Source: the human T2T-CHM13v2.0 reference genome, Homo sapiens. From it: a stretch of DNA of 64,000 nucleotides. Location of the stretch: NCBI RefSeq assembly GCF_009914755.1, contig NC_060944.1; one strand, written 5' to 3'. The position numbers were made by a program, and so were the translations under genes. Position 1 is the stretch's first letter, and every line of letters starts with the position of its first letter. The notes below the pieces were generated by a model. The model was not told where the DNA came from, made no database searches, and saw only the letters and a program-made list of their open reading frames with translations. Of the stretch, positions 16,311 through 33,807 are shown in pieces.

Positions 16311-16509
16311 AGTTTTTGTTTTTAATGAAATTGATTGTCAGCTTTTAAAAACTAGGAGAGTTCCTGTAATAATCTAGAGTTCTGTTTTTCCTGACAATTC
16401 AGTCCGACAATGTGGGTTAAGCTGGCAAGAGCCACATCCTTTACAAATTTCAAAACTTCACCTTACCCCCTGACCCCCAAAAAAGCTGACGTATCCAATA
16501 GGCACAGGA

Positions 16510-16915
16510 GACATTCAGGTATCTCAGCTAAGAGCTCAAGCTTTGCAGCAGACAGGCCTGGGCCTGAAGGCCAAACTCTACCACAAACCATGGTTGATCC
16601 TTGGGTAGGTAACTTGCTTCTCTGTGCCCCAGTTTACACTTCTGTGAAACATAGATATTACCTACTTTAAAGGTTGTTGTAATTTTTAAAAAGTTTTAAT
16701 TTACAGACAGCAAAATTCACTTTTGGGAGAATACAGTCCTATGAGTCGTAACACCTGCATAGATTCCTGTAACCACCACCACAACCAAAACACAGAGCAG
16801 GTCCATCTCCCGAAGAGTTCCCTCCCAATGTGTAGGCAAACCCTCCTGCACTCCAACCCCCAGCTATCACTCATCTGTTCCCCATCTCTGTAATTCTGCC
16901 TTTTCTGATATATTT
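16510..16915. mobile_element. MIR followed by an old L1 fragment
   Basis: MIR core (ccttgggtaggtaacttgcttctctgtgccccagttt); L1M-type tgtaaccaccaccacaaccaa. Confidence 0.55.
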
Positions 16916-18039
16916 TTTAAGGAAATCCTGTTTTGTTAGCTACAATAACTTCATCATTATCCAGGGTGCTCCCTTTCATTGTCCCTGTCTGGGGAAAGTC
17001 GTTCCACGGCTGACAGACAGAATCAAGCCCTATAAAGCATTTGTTCAGTCCCTGGGCAGTCACTGGAGAATTCCTTAACATTGCCCTGCTTGTTCTGATC
17101 TCCTCCCCACCCACGGCACTTCCATCGGTCCCTAGCTGATCCTCTTCCCGTTAGGTCATTGCAATCCCAGCCCACAAAACGCCCACATTCCCAATGCTCT
17201 TGTTCCTGCTGACGAAGATAAGAAATGTGTCCTGAACCGGAAGAGCTGCCAGGGGAGACACAAGAGGGCCTCGGTTCCCCTGGTGCTCACCCACCACCAT
17301 GCCCACCCACCAAGACACACAACAGGAAGAAACCTTTCACTCCCACAACAGATCAAGCCAAACTGAAAGACCCACAGTGTCACGAGGAAGCCCAATGACC
17401 ACCCAGTTTCAGCAAAGAGCTATTCTTGACAAGCATGACTGGCAGAGAGGAAATGTCACCGTGAGAACGCCTCCAAACAGCATTTCTTTTCAGGGTGTGG
17501 AGGTGGAAGGAGGGTGTGAGAAAGCAAACCACAGATTTGGGAACAATGAATGTTCCCAAGGAAGCACGTGTGTCCCTTTTCACTCAAGTGAGGAACCAAC
17601 TGGTTGGTCTGAATGGGAGCCCCGAAAGCAACTGCCCTGACCATCCTATTACATCAGGGCTGTACTCACAGGTGAGCCAGGATTGGAGCCAGGCTGTGCT
17701 CCAGCCCTGCTGCCTCTGGGATCCTGGGCACCCCATGCCTCCTCTCCAGACCTCCCTCAGTTTCTCCATCTGAAAATGGCACTGTAGGACAAGATGGACC
17801 TGGAGGGCGCCAACCACCAAAGGCGTGGAATTCACACTTAAGCGTCACTGGGCACAGGTGGCCGCCCTCTCTTTCTGAAACCCCCATACTGGAGGCTCCA
17901 GGGCAACACACTCCCCTGGTGTGGCTACTCCACCCCTTGCTTCTCCTCCTCAACCAGAACTCCACATCCTCAATGTCCCAGGGGCCTCACTCCTGCTCAA
18001 TGCTCTACCCCTGACTCGCAACCTCAGTAAGCCAATGGG

Positions 18040-18135
18040 GCTGGAGTCTTTGTTGAGTGAGGCTGTCCTATGCACTGGGGGATGTTTAGCGCAACTCTGG
18101 CCACCAATCATTAGATGCCAGCAGTGTCCCCATCA
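18040..18135 (-). mobile_element. MER20 fragment
   Basis: gctgtcctatgcactgggggatgtttagc...tagatgccagcag. Confidence 0.65.
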
Positions 18136-18377
18136 CCCCCTCAAAGTCATTTCAAGAACTACCACTCTAACCCAATCCCACGTACACGTCAAGATTCCCA
18201 GAATTACACCTCCTGCCTGAACCTGGCCACAGGGAACCCTAATTCCTGCCTCCAGCTGCCCTATTGACCTCTCCACCTAGGGGTGTAACAGCTGCTCAAA
18301 TTTACATAATCTAAACTAGACCCTTGGCTTCTCCTGCCATACCCAGATCTGTCAGCACAATTACTGACACAATCTAG

Positions 18378-18552
18378 AAATTCTCTGTTGGGGGCCCTGT
18401 TCTACATTTTGTAGGATGTTGGGTGGTATCTCCCTGGCCTCCCTCCATTAGGTGCCAGGAGCACCCCAACCCCAGGTGTGACAACCAAAAATGTCTCCAA
18501 ACATTGCCAGTGGGTGGGGAAGTGTTACAAAATTGCCCCCAGATGAGAATGG
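18378..18552 (-). mobile_element. MER20
   Basis: gtgacaaccaaaaatgtctccaaacattgcca...aaattgcccccagatgagaa. Confidence 0.8.
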
Positions 18553-18714
18553 TTGACTGATATGGACTATTTGAAACACAGCACCGAGGGCTTCTTCTGA
18601 GATGTGAAGTCCATTCACATCCCTCCTGCGCTGAACCCTCCATCCACACCAGGGTCTACGAGGCCCCCGTACTGTCTCCGACTCCACGGACTGGCCTCAC
18701 CCTCACTCACTGGG

Positions 18715-19222
18715 ATGCAGCCACCCTGGCCTCCTTGCTAATCCTACAACACACCCAGTTACTCCTATAGCACACCAACTTAATCCTAACCCTAGAGCCT
18801 TTAAAATCTCTTATTCCTTCTAGAATCTTTTTCCTCCTGACACTGGCATGGCTGATTTTTCTTGTCACGTAAACTTCAGCTCAAATATCGCCTCTCAAAG
18901 AGGCCCCGTTTAACCCCTCCACCTAAGTGAACTGTGACATCTGCTTCGCAACTTGCCCATCTCTTGCCTCATCACATTACCTTCCAGACATCCATCATGG
19001 TGTGAACTATCTTGGTGTGAACTGCCTCTCATGGTGTGAACTGCCTTGTTATTTGCCTTTATTATTTTCTCTATCTTTCTAAAAACCCAGCCTCTACAAG
19101 AGCAGGTCCTTAGCTGACTTGCTTTGTACTCTATTTCCATGCCTAGAATAGTGCACAGCACATAATAGATGTTCAAGAAAAATCAATGGTGAGGATGCAA
19201 TGAATCAATCAATAATGAATCA
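18715..19222 (+). mobile_element. L2 3' fragment
   Basis: gcctagaatagtgcacagcacataatagatgttcaa and tgaat-type tail. Confidence 0.65.
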
Positions 19223-19227
19223 ACAGC

Positions 19228-19833
19228 AGCCGGGCACAGTGGCTCATGCCTGTAATCCCAGCATTTTGGGAGGCTGAGGCAGGCAGATCACCTTAGGTTG
19301 GGAGTTCGAGACCAGCCTGACCAACATGGAGAAACCTCATCTCTACTAAAAATACAAAATTAGCCAGGCGTGGTGGTGCATGCCTGTAATCCCAGCTACT
19401 CGGAGGCTCAGGCAGGAGAATCACTTGAACCTGGGAAGCAGAAGTTTGCAGTGAGCCAAGATCACGCCATTGCATTGCAGCCTGGGCAACAAGAGCGAAA
19501 CTCCATCTCAAAAAAAATAATAATAATAAGGAATCAATAATGGGCCAGGTGCAGTGACTTATGCCTGTAATCTCAGCACTTTGGGAGGCTAAAGTGGGAG
19601 GACTGCTTGAGGCCAAGAGTTCAAGACCAGCCTGGGCAACACAGCAAGACCCAATCACTACAAAAAATTAGCTGAGTATGTAGCTAAAAACTAGCTAGGC
19701 CTGTAGTCCTAGCTACTCAGGGAGGGTGAGGCAGGAAATAGCTTGAGCCCAGGAGTTCAAGGTTGCAGTGAACTATGATTACACCACTGCACTCCAGCCT
19801 GGGTGACAGAGTGAGACCCCATCTCTAAAAAAA
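19228..19833 (+). mobile_element. Two tandem Alus (AluSp-like 19228-19529; AluJ-like 19543-19833)
   Basis: Two dimers. Confidence 0.85.
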
Positions 19834-19837
19834 CAGT

Positions 19838-19838
19838 T

Positions 19839-19883
<45 letters not shown>
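19838..19883. repeat. (TCA)n microsatellite, about 15 units
   Basis: Read directly; follows an Alu tail. Confidence 0.95.
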
Positions 19884-19886
<3 letters not shown>

Positions 19887-20077
19887 GGAATAAAGACCAG
19901 AGTGTAAGAATTAGAAGAAGAGAATTAAGGAATATCAGAGTATGCTGCACATAGGAAAGGTAAGTACTGATTCCTCCTACTTGCTTCTGTGCCATGGGTA
20001 TAATTTGCAAATAGAACTGGGTTAATGTGGTCAAGGACAACTGAGGTGGAAACACTGGCCTGGATAAAAGCACTTTG

Positions 20078-20371
20078 GGCCAGGCATGGTGGTTTATGCC
20101 CGTCATCCCATTACTTTTGGAGGCAGAGGTGGGTGGATCACCTGAGGTCGGGGTTTGAGACCAGCCTGGCCAACATGGTGAAACTCTGTCTCTACTAAAA
20201 ATAGAAAACTTAGCCAGGTGTGGTGGCATACTCCTGTAATCTTAGCTACTCGGGAGGCTGAGGCAGGAGAATCACTTCAACCCAGGAGGCGGAGGTTGCA
20301 GGGAGCCGAGACCGCACCCTTGCACTCCAGCCTGGGCAACAAGAGCGAAACTCCATCTCAAAAAAAAAAAA
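20078..20371 (+). mobile_element. AluS, about 200 nt downstream of the exon I donor
   Basis: Full dimer. Confidence 0.9.
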
Positions 20372-20575
20372 GTAATTTGTATGTCAATAAGCCCCAAGAA
20401 ATCCCTTACTTATTCTTTTCACAGATCTTTTCTCACCTTCATCCTCTGAAACTTTTGCATTTTTTGCATAGAGAAAAGAGTTGAAGGTTCAAGAACCACA
20501 TACACAAGAGGATACGTCATTTGCAAAAATATCCACAGTTGCCACAGAAAGATACTGGCAAAAATTCTGACTGAC

Positions 20576-20716
20576 CCAGGTTAAGATTCAGGATGCTGCC
20601 GGTGGTGGAGGTTTTGTCCGTTTTCGTCGTGATAGGAGCTGACAGTTGAGGAGAGAAGGGCTTTGGGCTGCCGGATAAACTCCCTGCTTGTCCCGTCTTG
20701 GTGGAGGCTGGTGAAG
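20576..20716 (-). CDS. ZMYND8: ZMYND8 exon I (ASPASTKTGQAGSLSGSPKPFSPQLSAPITTKTDKTSTTGSILNLNL), 141 nt, phase 1/1
   Basis: actttttcag|CTTCA acceptor, CTGG|gtcagt donor; translated by hand. Confidence 0.95.
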
Positions 20717-21859
20717 CTGAAAAAGTATGGCATTGTTAAAAGACAGGTTTACAAATAAACAAGTAGAACGTGTAGGTGTGGTGTAGGGAGAGAATGGAGA
20801 GATTATGAAATTGTGTTTGATTTCAGCAAGGCCGCTACAGTATCACGAATGGGGTGGGGTGGAGCATAGCAGGTTGGCCATTTATTTTCAGCAAAGGGCT
20901 TTAACCGGATGTGAAACCGTTAAAGCCACAAATGAAGAAGGTCTCCCCAGTTACTCTATTAAGCACAAAGCTCTAAGACAAATCGGCTAAGCTGCCACTG
21001 AAATTGGTTTGGCCCATTCACGGATATAAATCTCAACATAAATAGCGATTAAACCAACCCCCACATGGTCCAGATGTGGAGAACGGGAGCCAGGCTTACA
21101 AATGCGTATCATCTGTTTGTGGAAAGACACCACGGCCAGCTCACACGCAGCCACTGCACCTGCCAGGGACCAACTTGGCCCCTTGGGAAATCTCCAGCTC
21201 CCATTTCAAAGGTTCTTGAGGCTATGTAAAGCCAAACCCAGTACCAGATGGAGTGAGGGAGACGTTGGTAAATTATGTCCTTCTTTACTGTATTTCAAAC
21301 TTTCACAGGAGGAGAGAGAACTGTACCTATGCCTAAGGCTTTTAAAAATACCTTAAAATGACCTACGACCTGCTTCTCCCCTGCCTCATTTCACAGGGTT
21401 AGGACAATAAACCACTTACGTTTAAAAAAGCAAGCATTCATAGGGGCCAACAAGCGTCCTAAAGATCCTTCAAATCCTGCCCCTTTGTCCTTGCCCCTCC
21501 ATGGTACTGGGACTGTCCTGTTAATGCCTCTTGGGCCCATTTAAAAACAGCTGGGACTAAAGGCATCACTAACAACAATGACAGCCAACTCTTCCAAGAT
21601 GAGCAAGAAACATTCTGAGTTGATCTGGTGCTGGAAAGAAATTTGTGGATGGCAAATTGGAGTTAGGAACTGAGACTCCCCAGGGGCTTCGAAAGTGCTG
21701 GGACACTTGTGTGGGCAGCACTTGCCTCAGTTTCCTCACCTGACAAATTAGAAAACTCAGAACAAGGCTTCAGTGTGTTGAAACTCACATACCACTCGGC
21801 TGGTGAATCCAAGTAAGCTAGGCAGCTCTGGTGCCAGGACCTGCCTGCATTACTGTTAA

Positions 21860-22150
21860 TGTAATATAGTGGGAAAGACTCCAGAAGTAAAGAGGCCTGG
21901 ATTCAAGCACAGATTAGAAGCCAGACACTGTGGATTCAAGCCCCGGCTCAGCTGTTGCCCTGCTGTGTAACCCTGGGCCAGTTACTGGCACCTCTGCCTC
22001 CCTCTTCCTGGCAGCAGCAAAGAGAGACACTAATAATATGATACAAAGGGACAATAACAGTAGCTACATCTCATCAGGCTGCCGTGAGGATTAAATCAAT
22101 CATCTGAACAGTGCCTGGCATGCAGTAAGTACTCTGTTACTGTTTGCTAT
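21860..22150 (+). mobile_element. MIR
   Basis: tgctgtgtaaccctgggccagtta...gtgaggattaaa...aacagtgcctggcatgcagtaagtactc. Confidence 0.7.
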
Positions 22151-22212
22151 TAGAGTGGTTTTATTTTCTATTTCCCCATTAACCTCTAGGGCTTTGGGGT
22201 TATCCTCTGAAC

Positions 22213-22410
22213 CACTGATTCTCAGCTATGAGCAATTCTTCTCTCCAGGGCACACTGGGCATTGCATCCAGACATTTTAGGAGAGTGGGGGGTTGCTACT
22301 GGCATCTAGGAGCTAGAGACCAAAACGCTGCTAAATCTGCTGCCATGCACAGAGCGGCCCCCCACAAGAAAGAGTTATCTGGCCCCAAACGTCAAAAGTG
22401 CTGAAACTGA
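22213..22410 (+). mobile_element. MER20
   Basis: ttgctactggcatctag...gccccccacaagaaagagttatctggccccaaacgtcaa. Confidence 0.8.
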
Positions 22411-22559
22411 CACGCCGCATAGGGATGGAGTAGGCATGCAGCTGGGAATCCTTTTCCTCATCCGGGAATGATAAGGGAGTGAGGATCAATGTCGTCGATC
22501 TATGTCAATTGGCGCCGAGCAAGTGCTCAATAAATATTAGAAATTGTTTTAAGAAATAA

Positions 22560-22886
<327 letters not shown>

Positions 22887-23040
22887 TAAATCTGTTTTAC
22901 TGCAAGAATTAATAGAATTGGCCTAGCACGTGGCATGCCACATTCCTTCACTGGGGGGGGCTGCTATATTATTACTAGTCCTATCACTGGTACTGTAAGA
23001 CATAGAACTGAAGTGTTTGTTACACGAAGAAACAAGAATA

Positions 23041-23362
<322 letters not shown>

Positions 23363-23605
23363 TTAACGGAAGTATTACCAATAAAATCTTTAGCATTAGA
23401 ATTTTTAACCTTATTAATTCATTTATGTTCTACCTCATTCCAAAAGCAATTTGCAGCTGCTCAAATATCTGTGTAATAGATTCCCCTTGAGGATTAAAGA
23501 CCGGGGCTTCTCTAATTGTATTCCCATAAGCAAACTGGCAAGGTCTAACAGGGAGGGCCTTACTATACTATCAAATACCCTGCTTGGGACTGCAGAGAAC
23601 ATTGA

Positions 23606-24073
<468 letters not shown>

Positions 24074-24549
24074 TAATAACTAGAACAGGCCTTTAATTTG
24101 ATAGATCTATTTCCTTTGTTAATAAATAAACAAGTGTTGAGATTTAAGAGGTATGTTCTAAATATTAAAAAATGGTTTTAAGCATAGCACTTGGATATGG
24201 CAAGAATAAGGGTGTCAGGAAAACATTGGTTTCCCATGGAGATGGGTCTGGTTCACACTCTACCCAGCCAGTGAAGGGCAGGGCCCATCCTCCTAAGGCA
24301 TCTGGGACTGCAAAGCTTCATGGAGTCAGGAAAAGGACATACATGAGAGTCACTAGCAACCCACAAGCCTCACGCTGCAAAACCCTCCTCTGCATCTCCC
24401 TGAGAAACAGGTCTCCTATGTCCACCTCCTAGTGCCACCAATCCTACCTCCCCAGTGTGTGAAACACCCTGCACCTGCCTTGTCCTCCCAATATCATGAA
24501 TGCCACGGCCACCCACCTGGTGGCTCAAGGCCAAACACACCTGGATCAT

Positions 24550-24871
24550 TCTTTTTGTTTTTGGGGGGGAGGGGGGCGGGGAGAGAGATGGAGTTTCACT
24601 CTTGTTGCCCAGGCTGCAGTGCAATGGTGCAATCTCAGCTCACAGCAACCTCCACCTCCCGGGTTCAAGCGGATTCTCCTGCCTCAGCCTCACAAGCAGC
24701 TGGGATTACAGGCGCCCACCACCACGCCCGGCTAATTTTTGTATTTTTAGTAGAGATGGGGGTTTCACCATGTTGGCCAGGCTAATCTGGAACTGCAGAC
24801 CTCAGGTGATCTACCCACCTAGGCCTCCCAAAGTGCTGGGATTACAGATGTTTGAGCCACTACACTCAGCC
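24550..24871 (-). mobile_element. AluS
   Basis: Full dimer. Confidence 0.85.
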
Positions 24872-25179
24872 CATTCTTAATTCCTCCTTTGCTCTCATGC
24901 CTGAATTTACCCAAATCTTCAGGAAGAACTCTGCACTCCTCTTCCTAAACATATCCCAAATCTCTGCACTCATCTCCACCTCCCCTACTATCACCCTAGT
25001 CCATGCATCTCAACAGGGACCATATGGCCCCCAACGGGGCAAAAATAATTTTTAGGGGGTGAAAAAATCTTATCTTACTATTCCTTTTATGTACAAAGCA
25101 CTCTGTGTGTGTGTGTGTGGTGTGTGGTGTGTATAGACAGTACATAAACAGATCTACAATATTTTCAAATTTCATGAAA

Positions 25180-25730
25180 GTTCACTCTTAGGTAAGTACC
25201 TATCCAAAATTGAAAATAGGTACACAAACAAATCCTTGGATACGAATGTGCACAAGCAGCACTGTTCACAATAGGCAAGAGGTAGAAACAACTGACTGTC
25301 CATCAATGGACAAACTGAAGTATCCCCACAATAGAACGTTACCGAGCCATAAAAGGAATGAAGTTCTGATACGTGCTGCAGTGTGGCTGACTTGAAAACA
25401 TGATGCTAAGTTAAAGAAGCCAGACACAAAAGGCCCCATATTCTTTCATTTCACTGAAACAAAATACCCAGAATAGGAAAGTCAGTTCAAACAGAACACA
25501 AATTGGTGGTTGTTAGGGGCAGGCTGTGGGGTGAGAGGTAGGGGTGGAAGTTTGTGGGGGATGGGGAGTGGCTGTTTGGTGGGTACAGGGTTTTATTTTG
25601 GAGCGATGGAAATGTTTTAGAACTAGACAGAGGTGGTGGCTGCACAGCACTGTGAATGCACTAAATGCCACTGATCTGTTCAAAATGGTAAATTTTATGT
25701 TATGTGAATTTGACCTCATTTTTTTAAAAG
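25180..25730 (+). mobile_element. L1M 3' end fragment
   Basis: cataaaaaggaatgaagttctgatac...gtgaatgcactaaatgccactga...aaaatggtaaattttatgttatgtgaattt. Confidence 0.8.
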
Positions 25731-25799
25731 ATCTCAGGGGGAGTAAATAGGAAGAAAATGTCTAAAATGGTTCAGGGCCGGGGCGGGGGGGGGGCAATT

Positions 25800-26405
25800 A
25801 AAAGACTGGGCAACACTGCCCTGCCTATCATTTCCCATGGAGACCCCGTAAGCACTTCCCACAGGTCTCCCCACCATGTGCACAGCACCCTTCTTCCAGG
25901 GCACTCTCCACACAGCAGCCAGGGCAGAACCCCTGAAATGAGGGCATATTGCTCCATCACCTAAAAACATCCAGAGGCACCTCATTCCCCAGAATAAAAT
26001 CCAACGTCCTCTCCAACCTCAAACCCAACCTTTCCTTTCTACCTCCTGGAATGTCCGGCCACAGTGACCTGAGGGCCACCCTGGAAGATCAAGTCTGTTC
26101 ACACCTCAAGCCTTTGTGCCTGAGGTTCCCAAGGGAAGGCTTTCACGCCCACCCTAGATCACACTGGCTCGAATTCCTCCATGGTCAGGTCCCAGCTCAA
26201 ACATCACCTCCTCGAAGGCCTCCCTTGTTGGCCACCTAAAGTGGCCCAGTGCCTCTGGCCTACTGTCTTTCCTTTTGACATGAAAATATTGGCCCTGAAA
26301 GAGCAGGATCTGCGCTGGCCAGCAGGCATCCAGGATACCTCTGGATGCTTATCAGGTGCATAATACATTCACTGAATGAGCAGTGCATAAAATAATTGAA
26401 GAAGG
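25800..26405 (+). mobile_element. L2 fragment
   Basis: agaataaaatccaa...caggtcccagctcaaacatcacctcctc. Confidence 0.55.
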
Positions 26406-26465
26406 AGGTTTCCATTTCTCTTCTCACTGCTGTAGTCATGATAAGCAATAAACAAACAATGACGA

Positions 26466-27117
<652 letters not shown>

Positions 27118-27205
27118 TCAAACAATCTCCCCAATGTTATACACCTACTAAACACAAGGTGCTTGCTAAAAGAGTGATTAACAATCCAAAGAAGAGATAT
27201 GACAA

Positions 27206-27550
<345 letters not shown>

Positions 27551-27561
27551 TCAATATACAT

Positions 27562-27690
27562 GAGGGTGTGGGTGGTACTGGCATGGAGGCCAGAGATGGT
27601 GCTCAGCATCCTAGGTGCACAGAACAGCCTCACAATACAGAATTATCTGGCCTTAAATGTCAGTGGTCCTGAGGTTGAGAAAAACCTGCT
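27562..27690 (+). mobile_element. MER20 3' half
   Basis: gaattatctggccttaaatgtcagtggtcctgaggttgagaaaaacctg. Confidence 0.75.
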
Positions 27691-28247
27691 TCGAATCACT
27701 CCAGACATTTCAAAAGCAAAAAGACTTGGAAATGCTTGTTTCAATTAAAACTCTGAAACAGATGCCAATCCTTTTATAAAGCCATACATTTTGCCCAAAG
27801 GAAGAACTAATTGCCTCTGAAGTCACAAATAATTTTACCAGATTTCATATTTTGATGTACAATTCACAAGTGTGGGCTGAAACACATCATTTATTATCTA
27901 CATTTACAAAATCCTGGCCTGCGTGAAGGGTTGTTCTGACTACAGTAGGAAACATGAGCCTTGGAATTAAATTAGGAAAAAAATGCCCTTTCCCTCCCAT
28001 GCACCCCAGCACTCTGGGTGGGGTGGAAAGGCAGAGTGAATGATTCACGCTAAATGTCCTCCAGTTATAAAACCTCAGAAACAACCTGTATGTTCAAAGT
28101 GCCGCACCTTGCACAACTCCTATGGTGCCATGCACAGATGAGCAGAGCATGGCCAGATGGTCTAGGATGGGTCAGGATGTGTTGGTAAAAATGCTGTTTT
28201 GAAGGGTTATTCACTAACACAGAAACATATTCAGAATACAAGGCTAT

Positions 28248-28679
<432 letters not shown>

Positions 28680-28866
28680 GTTTTTTTTAATGTATAAAAA
28701 TAAAAAATTAAAAAAGAATACAAGGTTAAGCTTTAAAAAAATAAATTCTACAGTCTACACCAGACATTGCAAACAGGTGATCCATGAACCAAGGAGTCCA
28801 CAGGTGCATTTAATGTGATGTAGCTTTTATTTAGTTAAAAATGTGAGCCAGTACATAAAAGTTGAT

Positions 28867-29420
<554 letters not shown>

Positions 29421-29984
29421 CTATGTGGCAAGAACCAGCAGGAGGAAAAGGTCCCTGGTCTCTTTCAGAAAGGCACAACTCTCTAGCTCAGCGTCTTGGG
29501 AGCTCATGACCTATTAGCCGTGTGTAACACTTATGGGTAACATGGGTGTGTAAAACTTACCCAAGAGCTACTGACTCTTCTGACACATGGTGCATGCTAG
29601 CATTTGCCCTATTGTATTTCCTTATGAAAGAGCTGCTTATCATTGTAGCACTAAAGTAGCCCCAAGCTGCTGTAGTACCTCTAGCATGCACTATGTATCA
29701 GAAAAGTCCGCACCCCTTGGGTTAAGTGTTATACACCCATATGCACACAAAAGCACACGATGTGTAACAGGTATGGAAAGAAACGTATGTCTGCTTTCAT
29801 TCATCCCAGTCTCTACCTACCACTCCCCAACCTCACTCACTGCCATATCTGCCTGATCCCTGTATTTGAGCTTTCAGCTTAACAGTAGGACTTATAACCA
29901 CATATAAAAAGCGCTGGAAACACAATCTAAGGACTGGCTGTGAGAGGTGAGATTCTCAGTGACTTTATTTCATTGACTGATCGA

Positions 29985-30665
<681 letters not shown>

Positions 30666-31415
30666 CTCTTTCCTTTCTTAAATGGTAACTCACAGTGTAG
30701 CTACCAGACCAAAGGACCATTAGCCCAGAGGGTGGTGAATGTCAGGCCCCCCGACTCTGACCCTAATACATATTAATAACTTACATCGAGATCGCGCAAA
30801 CAAATACCGGTGAAGGTAACCATTCTGGCCAGGAGGTCTATATAAAGGGGAAACTACAAAAATCACTCAGAATATTAACCACTTAGGCCACCTAGCTAGC
30901 AAGATTATAGGACACTGTGAGTTAAAGACTTCTGGCTGAGCAAAGTGCTTCTTAGAAAGCTAAATATCCAGTTCTAAGGATTATAGGCACACAGCTCTGA
31001 GTTCTCCAATCTTCTAAACAAAAACAAGATTTCTACACTGTTGTACAAGTTTTATGCAATAACATTTCAATCTGTAGTTTTATGTTACTGGTTACAAAAC
31101 TTTCACTGGTGAGGCTACTATATTATTTTCTATTCTATGACATGGCAATTATTTTACACGATTTTGGGTGAACTACTGTCTTATCTCAATTATATTATCC
31201 TGACTGTGGAAGCATTTTAATACAAATTTCCCATCTCCCTCCACTAAATGCTATTATCACTGCTAACAGCAGATGGCAGTAGGGTGCAGAGAAAGGAAAC
31301 AGGTATGGATGCAGAATCTGGCTGTGGGGACTTTCACACCTCCCTTACACTCTGCATGGCTCTCAATTTGCCTTCTGTAAAATGACTCAGTTTCTTCTAA
31401 TCCTCTTAGTCTGTA

Positions 31416-32175
<760 letters not shown>

Positions 32176-33490
32176 TGTAAGAGTAAAATAATTTTCAATA
32201 TCACTCTCTCTTCCTACACTACACATTGGCTAATTCATGATTAGTAAAATGACCTAAGCACATACCAGCAAGGAGATTATATTTTAGGAAAGGGACTTTA
32301 AAGTCTACTCAAATGGGGGATTCAACTAACTTCTCACCTAAAAAGCACTCAAAGAATGAGGTATATTTTTCCAGGAAGTCTGATGTCATTTATCTTTCTC
32401 CTTTTGTACCTCCCAAGGGAAGACAGAAGCTAAATTAAACACATTATCCCTGTTCTTATATTCCTATAAAACTGAATTTTTTGAAATGTGGTGCAGGAGA
32501 ACCAATGGTCATATATATGCCATGTTTCATTTTACTAGTTATGTATTAATTTCACATATATTAGGAAAAGCCACAACAAGCAATTTAAACACACGAGCCT
32601 ATACATTGTGTTTAGCTTAGGACAAAGCTGCATTACAATTTTCATATTTAAGTATGTAATAAAATACGGCAGAAAACCATGGCAATGAAAGTTCAGGCAA
32701 CACTAATTCACAAAGTCGCTGCCAAGGTTAAAATTTTAAACATTTCCTGAAAAGCATGCTCTTTATGGGAATTAATGTGCCGAAGGATTGTGTAATTAAG
32801 TACCATGTTTTGTGAACTTGGCTTAAATGGAACCGTGTCATGAAACAAAGTAAGCTTTTAAGGACTCTGGTCAGAAACAAGGGGGTAAAAAGGAAGACTT
32901 TTCTGAAACTGTGTCAACACAAATTATGTCAATTCCAAAACAAAGCTCTATGACTCAACCATGAGTGTCTAGGACCACACAGCTATGAATCAGAACTAGA
33001 GAAAGATATAGACTGCAGCCTTTATTTTACAGAACCAAAAGCCACAGGCTCTCTCTACCCCTCCTACCACCATCTGGGGAGCAGCTAGAAGCAGTTCTTG
33101 AAAATAACCCAAGGAAAAGAAAAAAGAAAAAAAATTTCCCAAGAAACAACACAAGCAAAGTCAGTAGAATTATTTGAGTTCACAACTAAATCCTCATTAT
33201 TTTAACTCTTGGGGACATTCATGGTATCCTGAAGAACTGATGCTTGCTCCTTAAAGAATTCCTGTGTGAAGGGAGTGAGGGAGAGAGGGAGGGAGAGAGA
33301 GAGAGACCAAGGAAGGAAGCGAGTGTGAAAGGCTGTCCAAGGCTTTAGGCCAGAAGCCTAAAGCTGGTACTCCAACCTGCTTTATTCATTCTAGAAAATC
33401 TTCCAAGACATCTTAAACTGACATTTAATAATTGGAGATTTTACTTAAAAACCTGACATTTAAGAATTGGAGGTTTTACTTAAAAACTCA

Positions 33491-33807
<317 letters not shown>

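Noticed and set aside
25181-25198. cttag|gtaagt recursive-site-like motif
   Set aside because: Wrong strand for ZMYND8 and at the edge of an L1 fragment
30839-30850. Plus-strand TATA box (TATATAAAGGGG) as an antisense promoter
   Set aside because: No good initiator or CpG island; equally explained as the minus-strand acceptor of the 53-nt candidate exon. CAGE would decide
31265-31281. CTCF-like motif acagcagatggcagt (weaker ones near 17800, 24512 and 55408)
   Set aside because: Imperfect matches expected by chance in 64 kb; needs ChIP data
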